Shown: piece by piece, positions 19,921-29,759 of the stretch
How positions within the stretch are numbered: position 1 is the stretch's first letter
Layout: every line of letters begins with the position of its first letter
NCBI GenBank assembly: GCA_965603125.1
Contig: CBFDBU010000001.1
Coordinates: 39,861 to 103,860, forward strand
DNA length: 64,000 bases
Reading direction: 5' to 3'
Origin: an uncultured bacterium
GTDB taxonomy: Bacteria; Zixibacteria; MSB-5A5; GN15; FEB-12
Translations under genes and position numbers: made by a program
Notes under the pieces: generated by a model
Seen by the model: the letters and a program-made list of their open reading frames with translations, nothing else
What the model was told of the DNA's origin: nothing
The model's database searches: none

Positions 19921-21555
19921 TTGGCGGAAGGAAACCTGATGTTGATGCGTGGCCGTGGTTCATTGTGGACGATCATTGCCCTTTGTTCGCTGGGAATTTT
20001 CACCTGCGACAAACCGCATGATCCTATTGTGCGAGAGGGCGACTTGTCCGGCTACGTGCGCATTATATCAAGTTATACTCCCATCCCCGGAACGGTGGTC
20101 ACGTGCGCCGGGCAGACCTGTGTCGTGGGCAATTCAGGCATCTACCAGTTCTGGGGTGTACCGCAGGGTCTTCATACTCTGAAAGCAGTTAAACCGGGGT
20201 TTTCCCCGCACGAGATCGACCTCTATGTTGAGCGCAACTCATCCTACAACATATATATGACCAGGGTTATCGTCTACGGGAATCTCACCGGCTACGTTTA
20301 TCTGAATGGCACTACGCAGCCGGTGCCCGGAGTGACGGTGACCTGTGCCGGTATATCAGACACTACCGGCGCCGACGGCTGGTATGTACTGGACAGCGCC
20401 ATAAGCGGCACCCACACCCTTATCGCCCACAAAGATCATTACCTGATGTACCGGGCGGCTGTCTCGATTGCCGGTGATACTACCATTAACATCTACATGG
20501 CCTCGTCAACGATATCCGGATTTGTGACTCACCACGTGGATGGTCCCGTTGCCGGAGCGCGCATCGAGGTGGAACAGGTTGTCGGGTACAGCGGCAGCGA
20601 CGGACACTATCGTGTGTCGAATGTCCCCCAGGGGACACATATTGTCAAGTGCACTCACGAGATCTACAGCACGTTTTCAGACACGGTGAAAATCAGCGGT
20701 GAAGAGAAGCGATTTGATATTATCCTGACCAAGTCCGACATGACCGGTTATGTGACTCACCGCGTGGATGGCCCTGTTGCCGGAGCGCGCATCGAGGTGG
20801 AACAGGTTGTCGGGTACAGCGGCAGCGACGGATACTATATTATGTCGAATGTCCCCCAGGGGACACAAACTGTCATGTGTACTCACGAGATCTACAACAC
20901 GTTTTCGGACACGGTGGAAATCAGCGGTGAAGAGAAGCGATTTGATATCGTCCTGACCAAATCCGAGCGCGACACTCTCATGGTGACCGATGACGCCGGC
21001 GTCGGCATGGCTGCCTTCGAGGACTGCGGCGACTGCCCGGAGTGGATGACAGCCACCGATAACCGGGGCCAGGACAGTCTGCTCAGACTCGAGTATTTTA
21101 TGCGGTCGTCCGCCGGTCCACCATCAACGGCGTATGTCGGCCGGAAGCGTTTCTACGTTGCGCTCCCGGCAATGCCGGTGGACCTGAGCCCGGCCGACCT
21201 GTACCGAGCCACTCTGTACCTGAAACCGGCCGGTCAATCCGGCGAGCCGGGCTACATCACGGTCCGACAGATCGTGTCATCGTTATCGGCCTGGGATGAA
21301 GACGCCCTCACCTGGGACAACGCTCCGAGCGCCTCCGTCCTGGCGCTGGCGACTGCAATTGTTCCCCAGGGCGAACTATGGCTGGTTGACGTGACCCTGG
21401 TTTACCGTGATGTAACCACTCCCGAGCCTGGGGTCAGGATCCAGATGGAAGAGACAGGGAGAGCCGACCCGAAGGAGTATTTCTATTTCTGGTCCAGCGA
21501 AGCACCTGCGAGCGAAGACTGCCCCTACGTTGTCCTAGAGACGAACGCCTATTGA
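19921..21555 (+). CDS. Lipoprotein with four carboxypeptidase-regulatory-like (prealbumin-fold) repeats and a C-terminal DNRLRE/CBM96-like domain
   Basis: Lipobox-like IFTC. PV.GA.I...DG.Y...VP.G repeats. RATLYL, WDEDALTWDNAP and FWSSE..PYVV. Start is uncertain (may be ATG 19939 or 19945). Confidence 0.72.
   Translation: MAEGNLMLMRGRGSLWTIIALCSLGIFTCDKPHDPIVREGDLSGYVRIISSYTPIPGTVVTCAGQTCVVGNSGIYQFWGVPQGLHTLKAVKPGFSPHEIDLYVERNSSYNIYMTRVIVYGNLTGYVYLNGTTQPVPGVTVTCAGISDTTGADGWYVLDSAISGTHTLIAHKDHYLMYRAAVSIAGDTTINIYMASSTISGFVTHHVDGPVAGARIEVEQVVGYSGSDGHYRVSNVPQGTHIVKCTHEIYSTFSDTVKISGEEKRFDIILTKSDMTGYVTHRVDGPVAGARIEVEQVVGYSGSDGYYIMSNVPQGTQTVMCTHEIYNTFSDTVEISGEEKRFDIVLTKSERDTLMVTDDAGVGMAAFEDCGDCPEWMTATDNRGQDSLLRLEYFMRSSAGPPSTAYVGRKRFYVALPAMPVDLSPADLYRATLYLKPAGQSGEPGYITVRQIVSSLSAWDEDALTWDNAPSASVLALATAIVPQGELWLVDVTLVYRDVTTPEPGVRIQMEETGRADPKEYFYFWSSEAPASEDCPYVVLETNAY
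20523..20966 (+). repeat. Intragenic tandem duplication, 228-bp period (76 aa)
   Basis: 20523-20738 and 20751-20966 are near-identical. Confidence 0.9.
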
Positions 21556-21576
21556 TCCCTGCCGGGGGCGGCTTTC

Positions 21577-22755
21577 TCAGTTACCATTGTCGTCGTGCGA
21601 AGTGGAGTCGAAGTTCGTGGAATCCATGGGCTGCAGTTCCCACAGGAACGGCTGATCACCGGGAGTGGGCCATTCAAGCGGCTGGATCAATACCACCATT
21701 GTCTCTCCCTCCCGGATTATCTCCAACGTCGCCCCGCTGTATTCCAGGTGTTCCAGGACCTGTTCGACCAGTTCCTTATGGCTTCGGACGCGGTATCCTT
21801 CCACGCTGTGAATGCGGTCTCCTTCCCTGAGGCCGCATGCGTACGCCAGGCGAAAAGTGTCGATCCGGTCAACCGCGAGACGGCCGGACTCATCGATCCT
21901 GGTGGACAGACCCAGCCGGCCTTTTAGCGGAAGCCCCTCGACGAACAACTGTCGGTGCCTACCGGTACTACCCTTCACGCGGTGAGGAGGTCGGGTGAGA
22001 GACACGAGGTCGGAACTGTACGGCTCGGCTGCAATCCATTGGGCCAGCGGCCGCTCCGGCGTGAGAACCCACTGATTCCAGAAGAAATCCTCAAAGACCT
22101 GTCGCCCGGGTGTGTGATGAATCCAGAAGGCCGAGTTGTACGCGGCGTAGATCGAATCAATACCGAGGACATTCTCTCCGGTTTTCAGGGCCAGGAGCAA
22201 GGCCAGGTTGTCGAGGCGATAGGGACCAGGGCGCATCAGGGGATGGTAGGCAATGCCGAATTGGGCCTCATACCCCGCGCGTGAAGCCTGGCTCAGCATA
22301 CGGCGGGCCAGTTGGAAAAGCAGGTTCAGCGCCAGCCGACTCCCGTCCGGGGCGACCTCAAAGACGGCCCCTTCGCCCATTCCGCCGATCGGCACAATAA
22401 GCGGGTCAGAGGAACCGATAGTCGGGAAATGCCGGACCAGATAGATGCTGAACTCCACCTCCCGCCATTCAAGCCCCGATAACTCCCGCATGATATGGAG
22501 GATATTGTCGCCTTCCTGTTCCCAGAATGTCACTATGGCGCTGTCGTGGCGAGTCACCCAATCCACGTCGCGCTGAGCGGAACGGTTCTCGTACACTGTG
22601 GCGTACAGGCCGGCCTGTAAAGTAACCGAGCGGTCATTGACGATCACCCGGGGGATGAACCCGTTGTAGTTGAACATCGAATAGTACGTGTTTTGAGACA
22701 TTGCCGAAGACACGGCAATGGAAAGAACAGCCAGGCATATGATAATCGATCTCAT
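21577..22755 (-). CDS. Secreted protein with a C-terminal PDZ domain
   Basis: Signal peptide MRSIIICL. RLGL...AYACGLREGDRIHSVEG...LEIIREG. Confidence 0.75.
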   Translation of the reverse strand: MRSIIICLAVLSIAVSSAMSQNTYYSMFNYNGFIPRVIVNDRSVTLQAGLYATVYENRSAQRDVDWVTRHDSAIVTFWEQEGDNILHIMRELSGLEWREVEFSIYLVRHFPTIGSSDPLIVPIGGMGEGAVFEVAPDGSRLALNLLFQLARRMLSQASRAGYEAQFGIAYHPLMRPGPYRLDNLALLLALKTGENVLGIDSIYAAYNSAFWIHHTPGRQVFEDFFWNQWVLTPERPLAQWIAAEPYSSDLVSLTRPPHRVKGSTGRHRQLFVEGLPLKGRLGLSTRIDESGRLAVDRIDTFRLAYACGLREGDRIHSVEGYRVRSHKELVEQVLEHLEYSGATLEIIREGETMVVLIQPLEWPTPGDQPFLWELQPMDSTNFDSTSHDDNGN

Positions 22756-22798
22756 ACAAGCCAATTATCGGCCCGGAGTTGACGAAAGCAAGGCAAAT

Positions 22799-23701
22799 CT
22801 ATCCCACGGCATACATCGGTGCCCGGTCGGCGGGAGCCGCCGGGGCCGCGGGCTCGACGAGATCGAAATAGAAGAGGGTGTACAGGTTTTCGAGGGCTGT
22901 CCCGGTGAAACCGCCCATCACAATCGAGACCGGCAGGCCCAGAAGCATCACCAGGACAAGGCCCGGCCACAGGTCCAGTCCGATGGCCAGTGCGACCAGG
23001 GCGATGGGAATACCGACTGCCAGCCAGATAGTCACGGCGGCGATGCCGACAGCTATTGAAAGGCCTATGACGATCAGGAAGATGACGAGGTTCCTGGATA
23101 GGTTTCGTTGAAACAACAGGTAGGCCTCGCTGACAGCATCGGCGAGGCGGCAACCGCGCACGACCAGGGCCCGCTGGGCCAGCGCATACTGGCTGCGGAG
23201 GGCGAAGAAGATGACCAGGGCGGCCGGAAGAAGCACCAGCGCGGCCAGCACCGCCAACAGCAGATGTACGGTTCCCAACGAGATTACAATCCCCGCCATC
23301 GCACCGATTAGCACCAGGCCGACAAAGAGATACAGCAGAAGCAGCCCCAGGAACCGCCAGAAGAAATCCACACCGATCGAAAATGATTCGCCCAGGCGGT
23401 AACGGCCACTTCCGCGTTTGATCCTGTTCACGGCGTCGATAAGCGCCGGGCACGAGATGAGGTGCATCGCCAGGAAGGCCATGCCGACAAGAGCGCCCAG
23501 CATGATGATTGGGGGTAAGATGAGATCGGACGGCGCCGTACCATATTGGTCAAGATTCTGAAACGGCGATTCCTCGTTGCCCAGGTTCATATTCCAGTTG
23601 AAGCCGCCAAAGCCGCCTCCGGCAAAGAGGCCGAATATCCACAGCGACTTGTTGCGCCAGGCAATCTCAAACGACTCCCTGATGATCCTGCCGTAGTCCA
23701 C
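22799..23701 (-). CDS. Conserved multi-pass membrane protein
   Basis: MDYGRIIRESFEIAWRNKSLWIFG start, several TM helices, GGAGAGGA RBS. Confidence 0.75.
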   Translation of the reverse strand: MDYGRIIRESFEIAWRNKSLWIFGLFAGGGFGGFNWNMNLGNEESPFQNLDQYGTAPSDLILPPIIMLGALVGMAFLAMHLISCPALIDAVNRIKRGSGRYRLGESFSIGVDFFWRFLGLLLLYLFVGLVLIGAMAGIVISLGTVHLLLAVLAALVLLPAALVIFFALRSQYALAQRALVVRGCRLADAVSEAYLLFQRNLSRNLVIFLIVIGLSIAVGIAAVTIWLAVGIPIALVALAIGLDLWPGLVLVMLLGLPVSIVMGGFTGTALENLYTLFYFDLVEPAAPAAPADRAPMYAVG

Positions 23702-23883
23702 GACAACAGTCCTCTCCTCTGAAAAGCTTACCGTTCAATTATCGGATATTTGTACCCTTTTCTGAGATCCCCGTCAATCTCAACAAAATCAGTCAGGTAC
23801 GGCATCAGAGGTCAATGTTGATTTGGGCTTATATTAATGTTATCCATAAGCAGATGTTAAGTGAGAATATGTGAGAATCCAAA

Positions 23884-24300
23884 GTGACGAGAAGAGGCTC
23901 GATAAACGGATATCATCTTTTTGTAACAGTCGGTTGCCTCTGTGTTGTCGCTCTGCTTTCCGGCGTCTTCTGCGACCGAAAGAGTGAAAGCGAGGCAAAA
24001 CAGACCCGGAAAGCCGCCGACGAATCGGCAAGCCTTTCCGATCCACGCGACAGCCTGGTGATTGAACTGACCGGGGAGACCTCCCGGACTGTTTTTGATC
24101 TCCTGGTAAAGCATTATCGGGTGATCTATATGTCTTCTGCTCGGGGCATCTTTGTCAAGGAGATCGACTCGGTCGAAAACAGCGACAGCCATTCGTGGAT
24201 ATACTCTGTCAATGGGGAATTGGGCACGGTAGCCTGCAACGTGTATGTTACTAACGCCGGCGATATGGTAAAATGGCACTTTCGCCGGATTGGAAACTGA
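23884..24300 (+). CDS. DUF4430 (transcobalamin C-terminal-like) lipoprotein
   Basis: Lipobox-like GVFC. TVFDLL, GIFVKEID, WIYSVNG and GDMVKW. Confidence 0.72.
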   Translation: MTRRGSINGYHLFVTVGCLCVVALLSGVFCDRKSESEAKQTRKAADESASLSDPRDSLVIELTGETSRTVFDLLVKHYRVIYMSSARGIFVKEIDSVENSDSHSWIYSVNGELGTVACNVYVTNAGDMVKWHFRRIGN

Positions 24301-24427
24301 CCACTCGGAAGCGCTTGTTGAGCCTGGTCAGCAAACCGGGGATTGATAAGCAATAGGCAACCGTGTCGTGATTACCGGTGATCAATAATCGCTGGTTTTT
24401 TACAGGCTACGGCATATATTCTCTGCC

Positions 24428-25225
24428 ATGACCGAGACGACTATGACGAGTATCGAGCGTGGGGGGTTCTTTCTCATAGCCGGCCCGTGCGTAATCGAAT
24501 CTGAGAGTCTCTGCCTAAGAGTGGCCGAGCGGCTGGCGGCGCTGGCGGCTGAGTATGGAGTCGCCTACATATTCAAAAGTTCTTACAAGAAGGCCAATCG
24601 CACTTCCATCGGCTCGCCAACGGGACCCGGGCTTGAGGAAGGCCTGAGAATCCTTGACAAAGTACGCCGGAATCTGGATCTGGCGATATTGACGGACGTG
24701 CACGAGACGTGTGAAATCCCGGCCGTAGCCGAGGTTGCAGACGTTCTGCAAATACCTGCCTTTCTCTGTCGCCAGACCGATCTCGTGGTCAAAGCGGCTG
24801 CCACCGGGAAGTGGATAAACATCAAAAAGGGACAGTTCCTGGCGCCGGACGACATGGCCAAAGTAGCAGCCAAGGCCAACTCTTCCAGGGTGATGCTCAC
24901 CGAGCGCGGCGCCAGCTTCGGCTATCACAACTTAGTGGTGGACTTCCGTTCGCTGCTAATCATGAAAGAGACGGGACACAAGGTGGTCTTTGACGCCACG
25001 CACTCGCTGCAACTTCCGGGCGCAGGGGGAGCGGTGTCAACCGGCCAGCCGCAGTACGTGATCCCGATGGCCAGGGCGGCCGCTGCGGTGGGGATCGACG
25101 GCCTGTTCGTTGAAACCCATCCCGACCCGTCGCAAGCTCTGTCCGATGCCGGTGCCATGCTGCCCCTGGAAAAAATGGACGAACTCCTGAGATCGGTGGT
25201 GGGGATCAGGGAGACGGCAACGTAA
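24428..25225 (+). CDS. kdsA: KDO 8-phosphate synthase
   Basis: IAGPCVIE, KANRTS, QIPAFLCRQTDL, KKGQF and DATHS. Confidence 0.97.
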   Translation: MTETTMTSIERGGFFLIAGPCVIESESLCLRVAERLAALAAEYGVAYIFKSSYKKANRTSIGSPTGPGLEEGLRILDKVRRNLDLAILTDVHETCEIPAVAEVADVLQIPAFLCRQTDLVVKAAATGKWINIKKGQFLAPDDMAKVAAKANSSRVMLTERGASFGYHNLVVDFRSLLIMKETGHKVVFDATHSLQLPGAGGAVSTGQPQYVIPMARAAAAVGIDGLFVETHPDPSQALSDAGAMLPLEKMDELLRSVVGIRETAT

Positions 25226-25233
25226 GCTGCGCC

Positions 25234-25764
25234 ATGGCCAAACTTACCCGTGAACAGTTTGTGGAACGTTTCAAGAGCATCAAACTGCTGGCTCTCGATG
25301 TCGACGGCGTACTGACCGACGACAGCATCTATTTCGGACCGGACGGATTCGAGGCCAAACGATTCAACATCTCTGACGGGTTCTTCATGATGCTGGCCAT
25401 GCGCTCGGGGCTTCAGTTGGCGATTGTATCCGGTCGACCTTCTCCCGCCACCGTGACGCGCATGAAAGACTTGGGCGTAAAACACGTTCTGCAGGACATG
25501 AAAAGCAAAGTGACGCAGATCACGCCGCTTTTGGAGGAACTCGGCGTTGAGTTCTCCGAGGTCGCCTTCGCCGGAAACGAGCTGCTTGATATCAACCTGG
25601 CCCGCAAGTCCGGGTTGAGCGTCGCCGTGGCTGACGCCGCTGCCGAACTGCTGGAAGTGGTTGATTACGTCACCGAAAAGAAGGGTGGTTGCGGCGCTGT
25701 CAGAGAGATATTAGAGTGCTATTTTGAGGCGACGGACATAGACCCGCAGAGTTACATAGTATGA
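25234..25764 (+). CDS. kdsC: KDO 8-phosphate phosphatase (HAD)
   Basis: LDVDGVLTD and GGCGAVRE; kds operon context. Confidence 0.92.
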   Translation: MAKLTREQFVERFKSIKLLALDVDGVLTDDSIYFGPDGFEAKRFNISDGFFMMLAMRSGLQLAIVSGRPSPATVTRMKDLGVKHVLQDMKSKVTQITPLLEELGVEFSEVAFAGNELLDINLARKSGLSVAVADAAAELLEVVDYVTEKKGGCGAVREILECYFEATDIDPQSYIV

Positions 25765-26726
25765 CCAATCACCGAGAACCCGCCAGGGAAGCTGTTCTGA
25801 TCGAGGCCGAGGCGATAGCCGCCCTGGCTGACCGCTTAGGCGACAGTTTCGACCGAGCCGTCGAGGCCATCTTGCACTGCAAGGGCCGGGTCATCGTCGC
25901 CGGCATGGGCAAATCCGGCCTGGTCGGCAAGAAAATCGCCGCCACTCTCAATTCCACCGGGATAGCCTCTTTTTTCCTGCACCCGGCGGAGGCGATGCAC
26001 GGCGACCTCGGGCTGATACGTTCCGAAGATGTCCTGCTGCTGATTTCCAAGTCGGGCCGGGCGGGGGAAATGGACATGATCGTATCCGCCGCCAGGCGGC
26101 TGGAACTGGTCATAATGATTCTGTGCGGGACGATGGAATCTGAGCTTTGCCGGCGGGCCGATATCGTTCTGGACTGCTCGGTGGCCCGCGAGGCGGGCCC
26201 CAACGACCTGGTCCCGACAGCATCGTCGACTACCGCGCTTGTCATGGGTGATGCACTGGCGGTGGCGCTGCTCAAAGCGCGCAAGTTCACCGCCTCCGAC
26301 TTCGCCAACCTGCACCCTGGAGGTTTCATCGGTAAGCGACTGCTCAAACGGGTGTCGGAGTTGCACCATACCGGAAACGAGGTGCCCTTAGTTGCGCCTG
26401 ATGCCTCGATGAAGGAGATGATCCTTGAAATGACCGGCAAGCGGCTTGGATGCGTGGTCATGACGGATGGTAACGGTCGCACGGTGGGAGTATTCACCGA
26501 CGGTGATCTTCGCCGCCTGGCGGAGAAACGCGATGATTTCTACCGGTTCACCGCTGTTGAGGTCATGGTTCGCAACCCCAAGACTATATCGGCCGACGCC
26601 ATTCTCGATGCCGCCCTGGCGGTCATGGAAAAGCACGCCATCACACAGCTTGTCACGGTAGATCAGACCGACCGGCTGCTTGGAATGATCCACCTCCACG
26701 ACATTCTCAGATCAAAGCTTGTTTGA
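25761..26726 (+). CDS. kdsD: Arabinose-5-phosphate isomerase (KpsF/GutQ, SIS + CBS)
   Basis: GMGKSG, HPAEAMHGDLG, PTASST, HPGG and a CBS pair. Confidence 0.95.
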   Translation: MTNHREPAREAVLIEAEAIAALADRLGDSFDRAVEAILHCKGRVIVAGMGKSGLVGKKIAATLNSTGIASFFLHPAEAMHGDLGLIRSEDVLLLISKSGRAGEMDMIVSAARRLELVIMILCGTMESELCRRADIVLDCSVAREAGPNDLVPTASSTTALVMGDALAVALLKARKFTASDFANLHPGGFIGKRLLKRVSELHHTGNEVPLVAPDASMKEMILEMTGKRLGCVVMTDGNGRTVGVFTDGDLRRLAEKRDDFYRFTAVEVMVRNPKTISADAILDAALAVMEKHAITQLVTVDQTDRLLGMIHLHDILRSKLV

Positions 26727-26729
26727 ATT

Positions 26730-27638
26730 ATGAGGCTGCGCAAACGTCTCAAGCATGGCGTTGCGTTCCGCGCAACCCGCTTTCTTCTTATCTTCGTGAA
26801 CCAGGTGCCTCGGCGACTGGCCCTGTTCGTGGGCGCCATGCTCGGTCTGGCTGCGTGGTGGTTGCTGCCCCGGGAGCGATACCGGATGTTCCGTCACCTG
26901 GGCGTGGCCTACGGCGATGGTCTTTCGAGTGGACAGAAACAGAACATCGGGCGTCAGTTCTTCATCAACAGCGGTAAGAACCTGACCGATGCAATCCGCT
27001 GCCGGAAACGTTTTGCCGATGAAATCAGGCCCCTGGTGTCCGTGGAAGGGTTCGAACATTTTGACGCCGCCTACCGCCGAGGCAACGGTATCCTGGCAGT
27101 CACCGGCCACCTGGGTAATTTCGAATTGGGGGCGGTATTCGTCGCCGCCCTGGGGTACAAGATGGCGGTAATCGGGCGCGAAATGCTCGACCCGAGACTG
27201 GACGAACTACTCGTGGGAAACCGCGAGACCCTGGGCCTGACCAACCTGTCAACTACGGACTCGGTCAGGAAGTCGCTGAAGTGGCTCAAGTCCGGAGGTG
27301 TCATCGGCGTACTCATCGATACCGATTCCATTCGCGTACGCAGCATCTTCGTGCCGGCCTTCGGAAGGCTGGCCCTGACTCCCGTCGGACAGACGCTGAT
27401 CGGGCTGCGGGCGGGGGCAGCTTTTGTGCCGATGGCCTGCCTGAGAACGGCCGATGACCGCTACCGGCTGATCGCCAGGCCCGAGGTGAAAGTGGAGTCA
27501 AGTGGTGATCTTAACGCCGACGCCTACCATGTAACGGCCGCATGCACGCGCCAACTGGAGAGCCTTATCAGCGAGAATCCGGATCAATGGATCTGGCTGA
27601 AGAACCGGTGGCTGACCTCGACGCCTCAAACCACTTGA
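26730..27638 (+). CDS. lpxL: Lipid A late acyltransferase (LpxL/HtrB family)
   Basis: TGHLGNFE and PDQWIW..RW; kds context. Confidence 0.82.
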   Translation: MRLRKRLKHGVAFRATRFLLIFVNQVPRRLALFVGAMLGLAAWWLLPRERYRMFRHLGVAYGDGLSSGQKQNIGRQFFINSGKNLTDAIRCRKRFADEIRPLVSVEGFEHFDAAYRRGNGILAVTGHLGNFELGAVFVAALGYKMAVIGREMLDPRLDELLVGNRETLGLTNLSTTDSVRKSLKWLKSGGVIGVLIDTDSIRVRSIFVPAFGRLALTPVGQTLIGLRAGAAFVPMACLRTADDRYRLIARPEVKVESSGDLNADAYHVTAACTRQLESLISENPDQWIWLKNRWLTSTPQTT

Positions 27639-27699
27639 CTTTCCACAGTATTTTCAGATATTTCCTGTCGATACTGCGTAAGATAGTAAGGCAAGTGTT

Positions 27700-28260
27700 A
27701 TGACCACACGCTACGTGACAATCCTGCTGGTGACGCTGGCCACACTGTGTGGCTGCAGCGACGACAAGGTCAACTCGACCGCGCAGTCTGGTAAAGCGGA
27801 CAGCCTGTCCCTCCCTGATTCCGAGCTCACGGGGGCGCGGATCACGCTGTCCGAGCGAGGCCGCGTTACCACCGAGATCCTGTGCCGGCGGATACAGTCC
27901 TTTGACGCCCGGGATTCAACGATGGCGTACGTAGTCAACGTCACTTCCTTCGACTCGACCGGTAGTGCCACCGGGCATGTAGTGGCCGACTCCGCAGTCA
28001 TTCACGAAGCCAGCGGCGAGTTTAATCTCTACGACCACGTGGTGCTGATTACCGAGAACGAGACAAAACTGGAGACCGACTACCTCTACTGGAACTCCCG
28101 AACCGATCAGATAGAGACCGATGCCTATGTCAGGATCACCCGGGGTGACGATGTCGTCACCGGGTGGGGACTGCGGGCCGACCAGCAGCTTGATCGAGTG
28201 AGAATACTGAACACCGAGAAGGGAACCATCACCGATACCAGGGAGTTGTCGGAGCCCTGA
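27700..28260 (+). CDS. lptC: LPS export protein LptC
   Basis: Lipoprotein signal. ADSA, LETDYLYWN..IETD..V.I..G.GL beta-jellyroll pattern. Confidence 0.82.
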   Translation: MTTRYVTILLVTLATLCGCSDDKVNSTAQSGKADSLSLPDSELTGARITLSERGRVTTEILCRRIQSFDARDSTMAYVVNVTSFDSTGSATGHVVADSAVIHEASGEFNLYDHVVLITENETKLETDYLYWNSRTDQIETDAYVRITRGDDVVTGWGLRADQQLDRVRILNTEKGTITDTRELSEP

Positions 28261-28361
28261 GATCGGGCGGGTTCACTAATGCAATCTCAGGCCCCGGGCG
28301 TCGACGACGCAGGCCGACTCCGGTGTAGATCCCTAGCAGCGTCGGATCATGGCCGGATATG

Positions 28362-28390
28362 TTGACTTTGCCACACGGCACTGGTATAAT
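28362..28390 (+). promoter_or_regulatory. Near-consensus sigma70 promoter upstream of comEA
   Basis: TTGACT-N17-TATAAT. Confidence 0.7.
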
Positions 28391-28432
28391 GGGGTGATTT
28401 TGAAATCGCCTGACAGGCTCTGCGCGGTGCCG

Positions 28433-28804
28433 ATGAATCAGTATTTCCATTTTTCCGATCGCCAGTTGAAGTTCGTGGCGCTTCTGAGCGCCGGCGCCCT
28501 GATAATGGGTGGCTATCTGTTTCTGCGATCTTATGCCTACCCGTCCCGGGACGCGCCCACCCTCGGTGTTTTTCTCACGGAAGCGGAACCGACCTTCACC
28601 GGTGTCTTCGTATTGGATCCCAACACGGCGCCGGCCGATTCCCTGGAACTCATCGGCGGTATCGGACCCGTTCTCGCCGACAATATCGTGGAGTACCGCC
28701 GGCAGCACCGAATCGACACGGTCACCGACATCATGAAGATCCCGGGCATCGGACAAAAGACGTACGAAAAGATCAGACCATACCTGAGGATCAATCGCAA
28801 GTGA
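28433..28804 (+). CDS. comEA: ComEA-family helix-hairpin-helix DNA-binding protein
   Basis: TM helix, then DPNTA..LELIGGIGP.LA..I..YR and IPGIG.KT.EKIR. Start uncertain. Confidence 0.85.
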   Translation: MNQYFHFSDRQLKFVALLSAGALIMGGYLFLRSYAYPSRDAPTLGVFLTEAEPTFTGVFVLDPNTAPADSLELIGGIGPVLADNIVEYRRQHRIDTVTDIMKIPGIGQKTYEKIRPYLRINRK

Positions 28805-29697
28805 ACGGCGGCGGCGCAACGGACACCGGTAGTGTCGGTGTCGGCATCGACTGCGGCGACGGGCATTTCCATCTCGCGCGGGTGCGACAGGACGCCGGAT
28901 GGCCGCAAGTGCAGGCGCTGGCTCGATTTGAGTTCTCGCACGTCAAGGAACACCGTCTGTTTACCGGGGGCAGGTTGGCGTTCTCGGTAGGCGATCACCT
29001 GGTCATGACCAGGGAGGTAGCCGTCACCGATCCCGGCAATTTCGACAGCGGACTTCTGGCTGGGTTCGAGTCGATGCAATCGGTGCTTGACGACTGTGAT
29101 GAGTTCCGTTTCGACTGCGTGCCCTTGGGAACCGACGGCCGATATCAGGCCTCAACGGTACGACGGTCGGTCCTGGAGCATCTGACGCGGCCTCTGGAAA
29201 GCGGCTTCCTGGACATATCCGGCGGTGTCGATTACGTTCTCCGCTCCGCCGCCCTGGGTCGCGGTTACATCATGTTTTCCCGTCCCGCGCCCGAGGCCTT
29301 TGTGTGTCTGGCCGACCTGCACGACCGGGTCATCTCCGTCTGCTTCGTCTACCAGGGAATGATTGTCGGTCTGACGCACCTGGTAACCGACCGGTTCAAT
29401 CTCATCGGCGACGCCGGACTGGAAAGAATGGCCGTGGAGCTCCGAACCCTGGTGAATTTCAAACTGGCGTCACTGTCGGAGAACGGCATCAGCATTCCGC
29501 TGACGTCCCTGGTTCTCTCGGGTGAAAAAGCCGACGGTCGCGTGCGGTCGGTTCTTCAGAAGTACTTCTCGGCCCAAGTCGAGGTTCCACATATCGCCAA
29601 CAGCTTCTTCCCCGATCCTGCCGCAACGTCCGGCGTCCCTCTCGAGAAATATCTGGTGGCCCTGGGACTGGCAGCAGGCGAGAAATCCCACCAGTGA
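28801..29697 (+). CDS. Divergent PilM/actin-like fold protein
   Basis: VGIDCG at the N-terminus, LADL, LVLSG and YLVALGLA at the C-terminus; layout resembles PilM. Confidence 0.55.
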   Translation: MNGGGATDTGSVGVGIDCGDGHFHLARVRQDAGWPQVQALARFEFSHVKEHRLFTGGRLAFSVGDHLVMTREVAVTDPGNFDSGLLAGFESMQSVLDDCDEFRFDCVPLGTDGRYQASTVRRSVLEHLTRPLESGFLDISGGVDYVLRSAALGRGYIMFSRPAPEAFVCLADLHDRVISVCFVYQGMIVGLTHLVTDRFNLIGDAGLERMAVELRTLVNFKLASLSENGISIPLTSLVLSGEKADGRVRSVLQKYFSAQVEVPHIANSFFPDPAATSGVPLEKYLVALGLAAGEKSHQ

Positions 29698-29703
29698 TAT
29701 TTC

Positions 29704-29732
29704 TTGGTATTATCGGGAAGTTAACTTATATT
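29704..29732 (+). promoter_or_regulatory. Putative promoter of coaD-lysS
   Basis: TTGGTA-N17-TATATT. Confidence 0.45.
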
Positions 29733-29759
29733 CGCGCGTAGATTTGGCGCTTGGTAAAC

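Noticed and set aside
21900-22700. Metallopeptidase domain in the PDZ protein
   Set aside because: No HExxH or other catalytic motif is visible.
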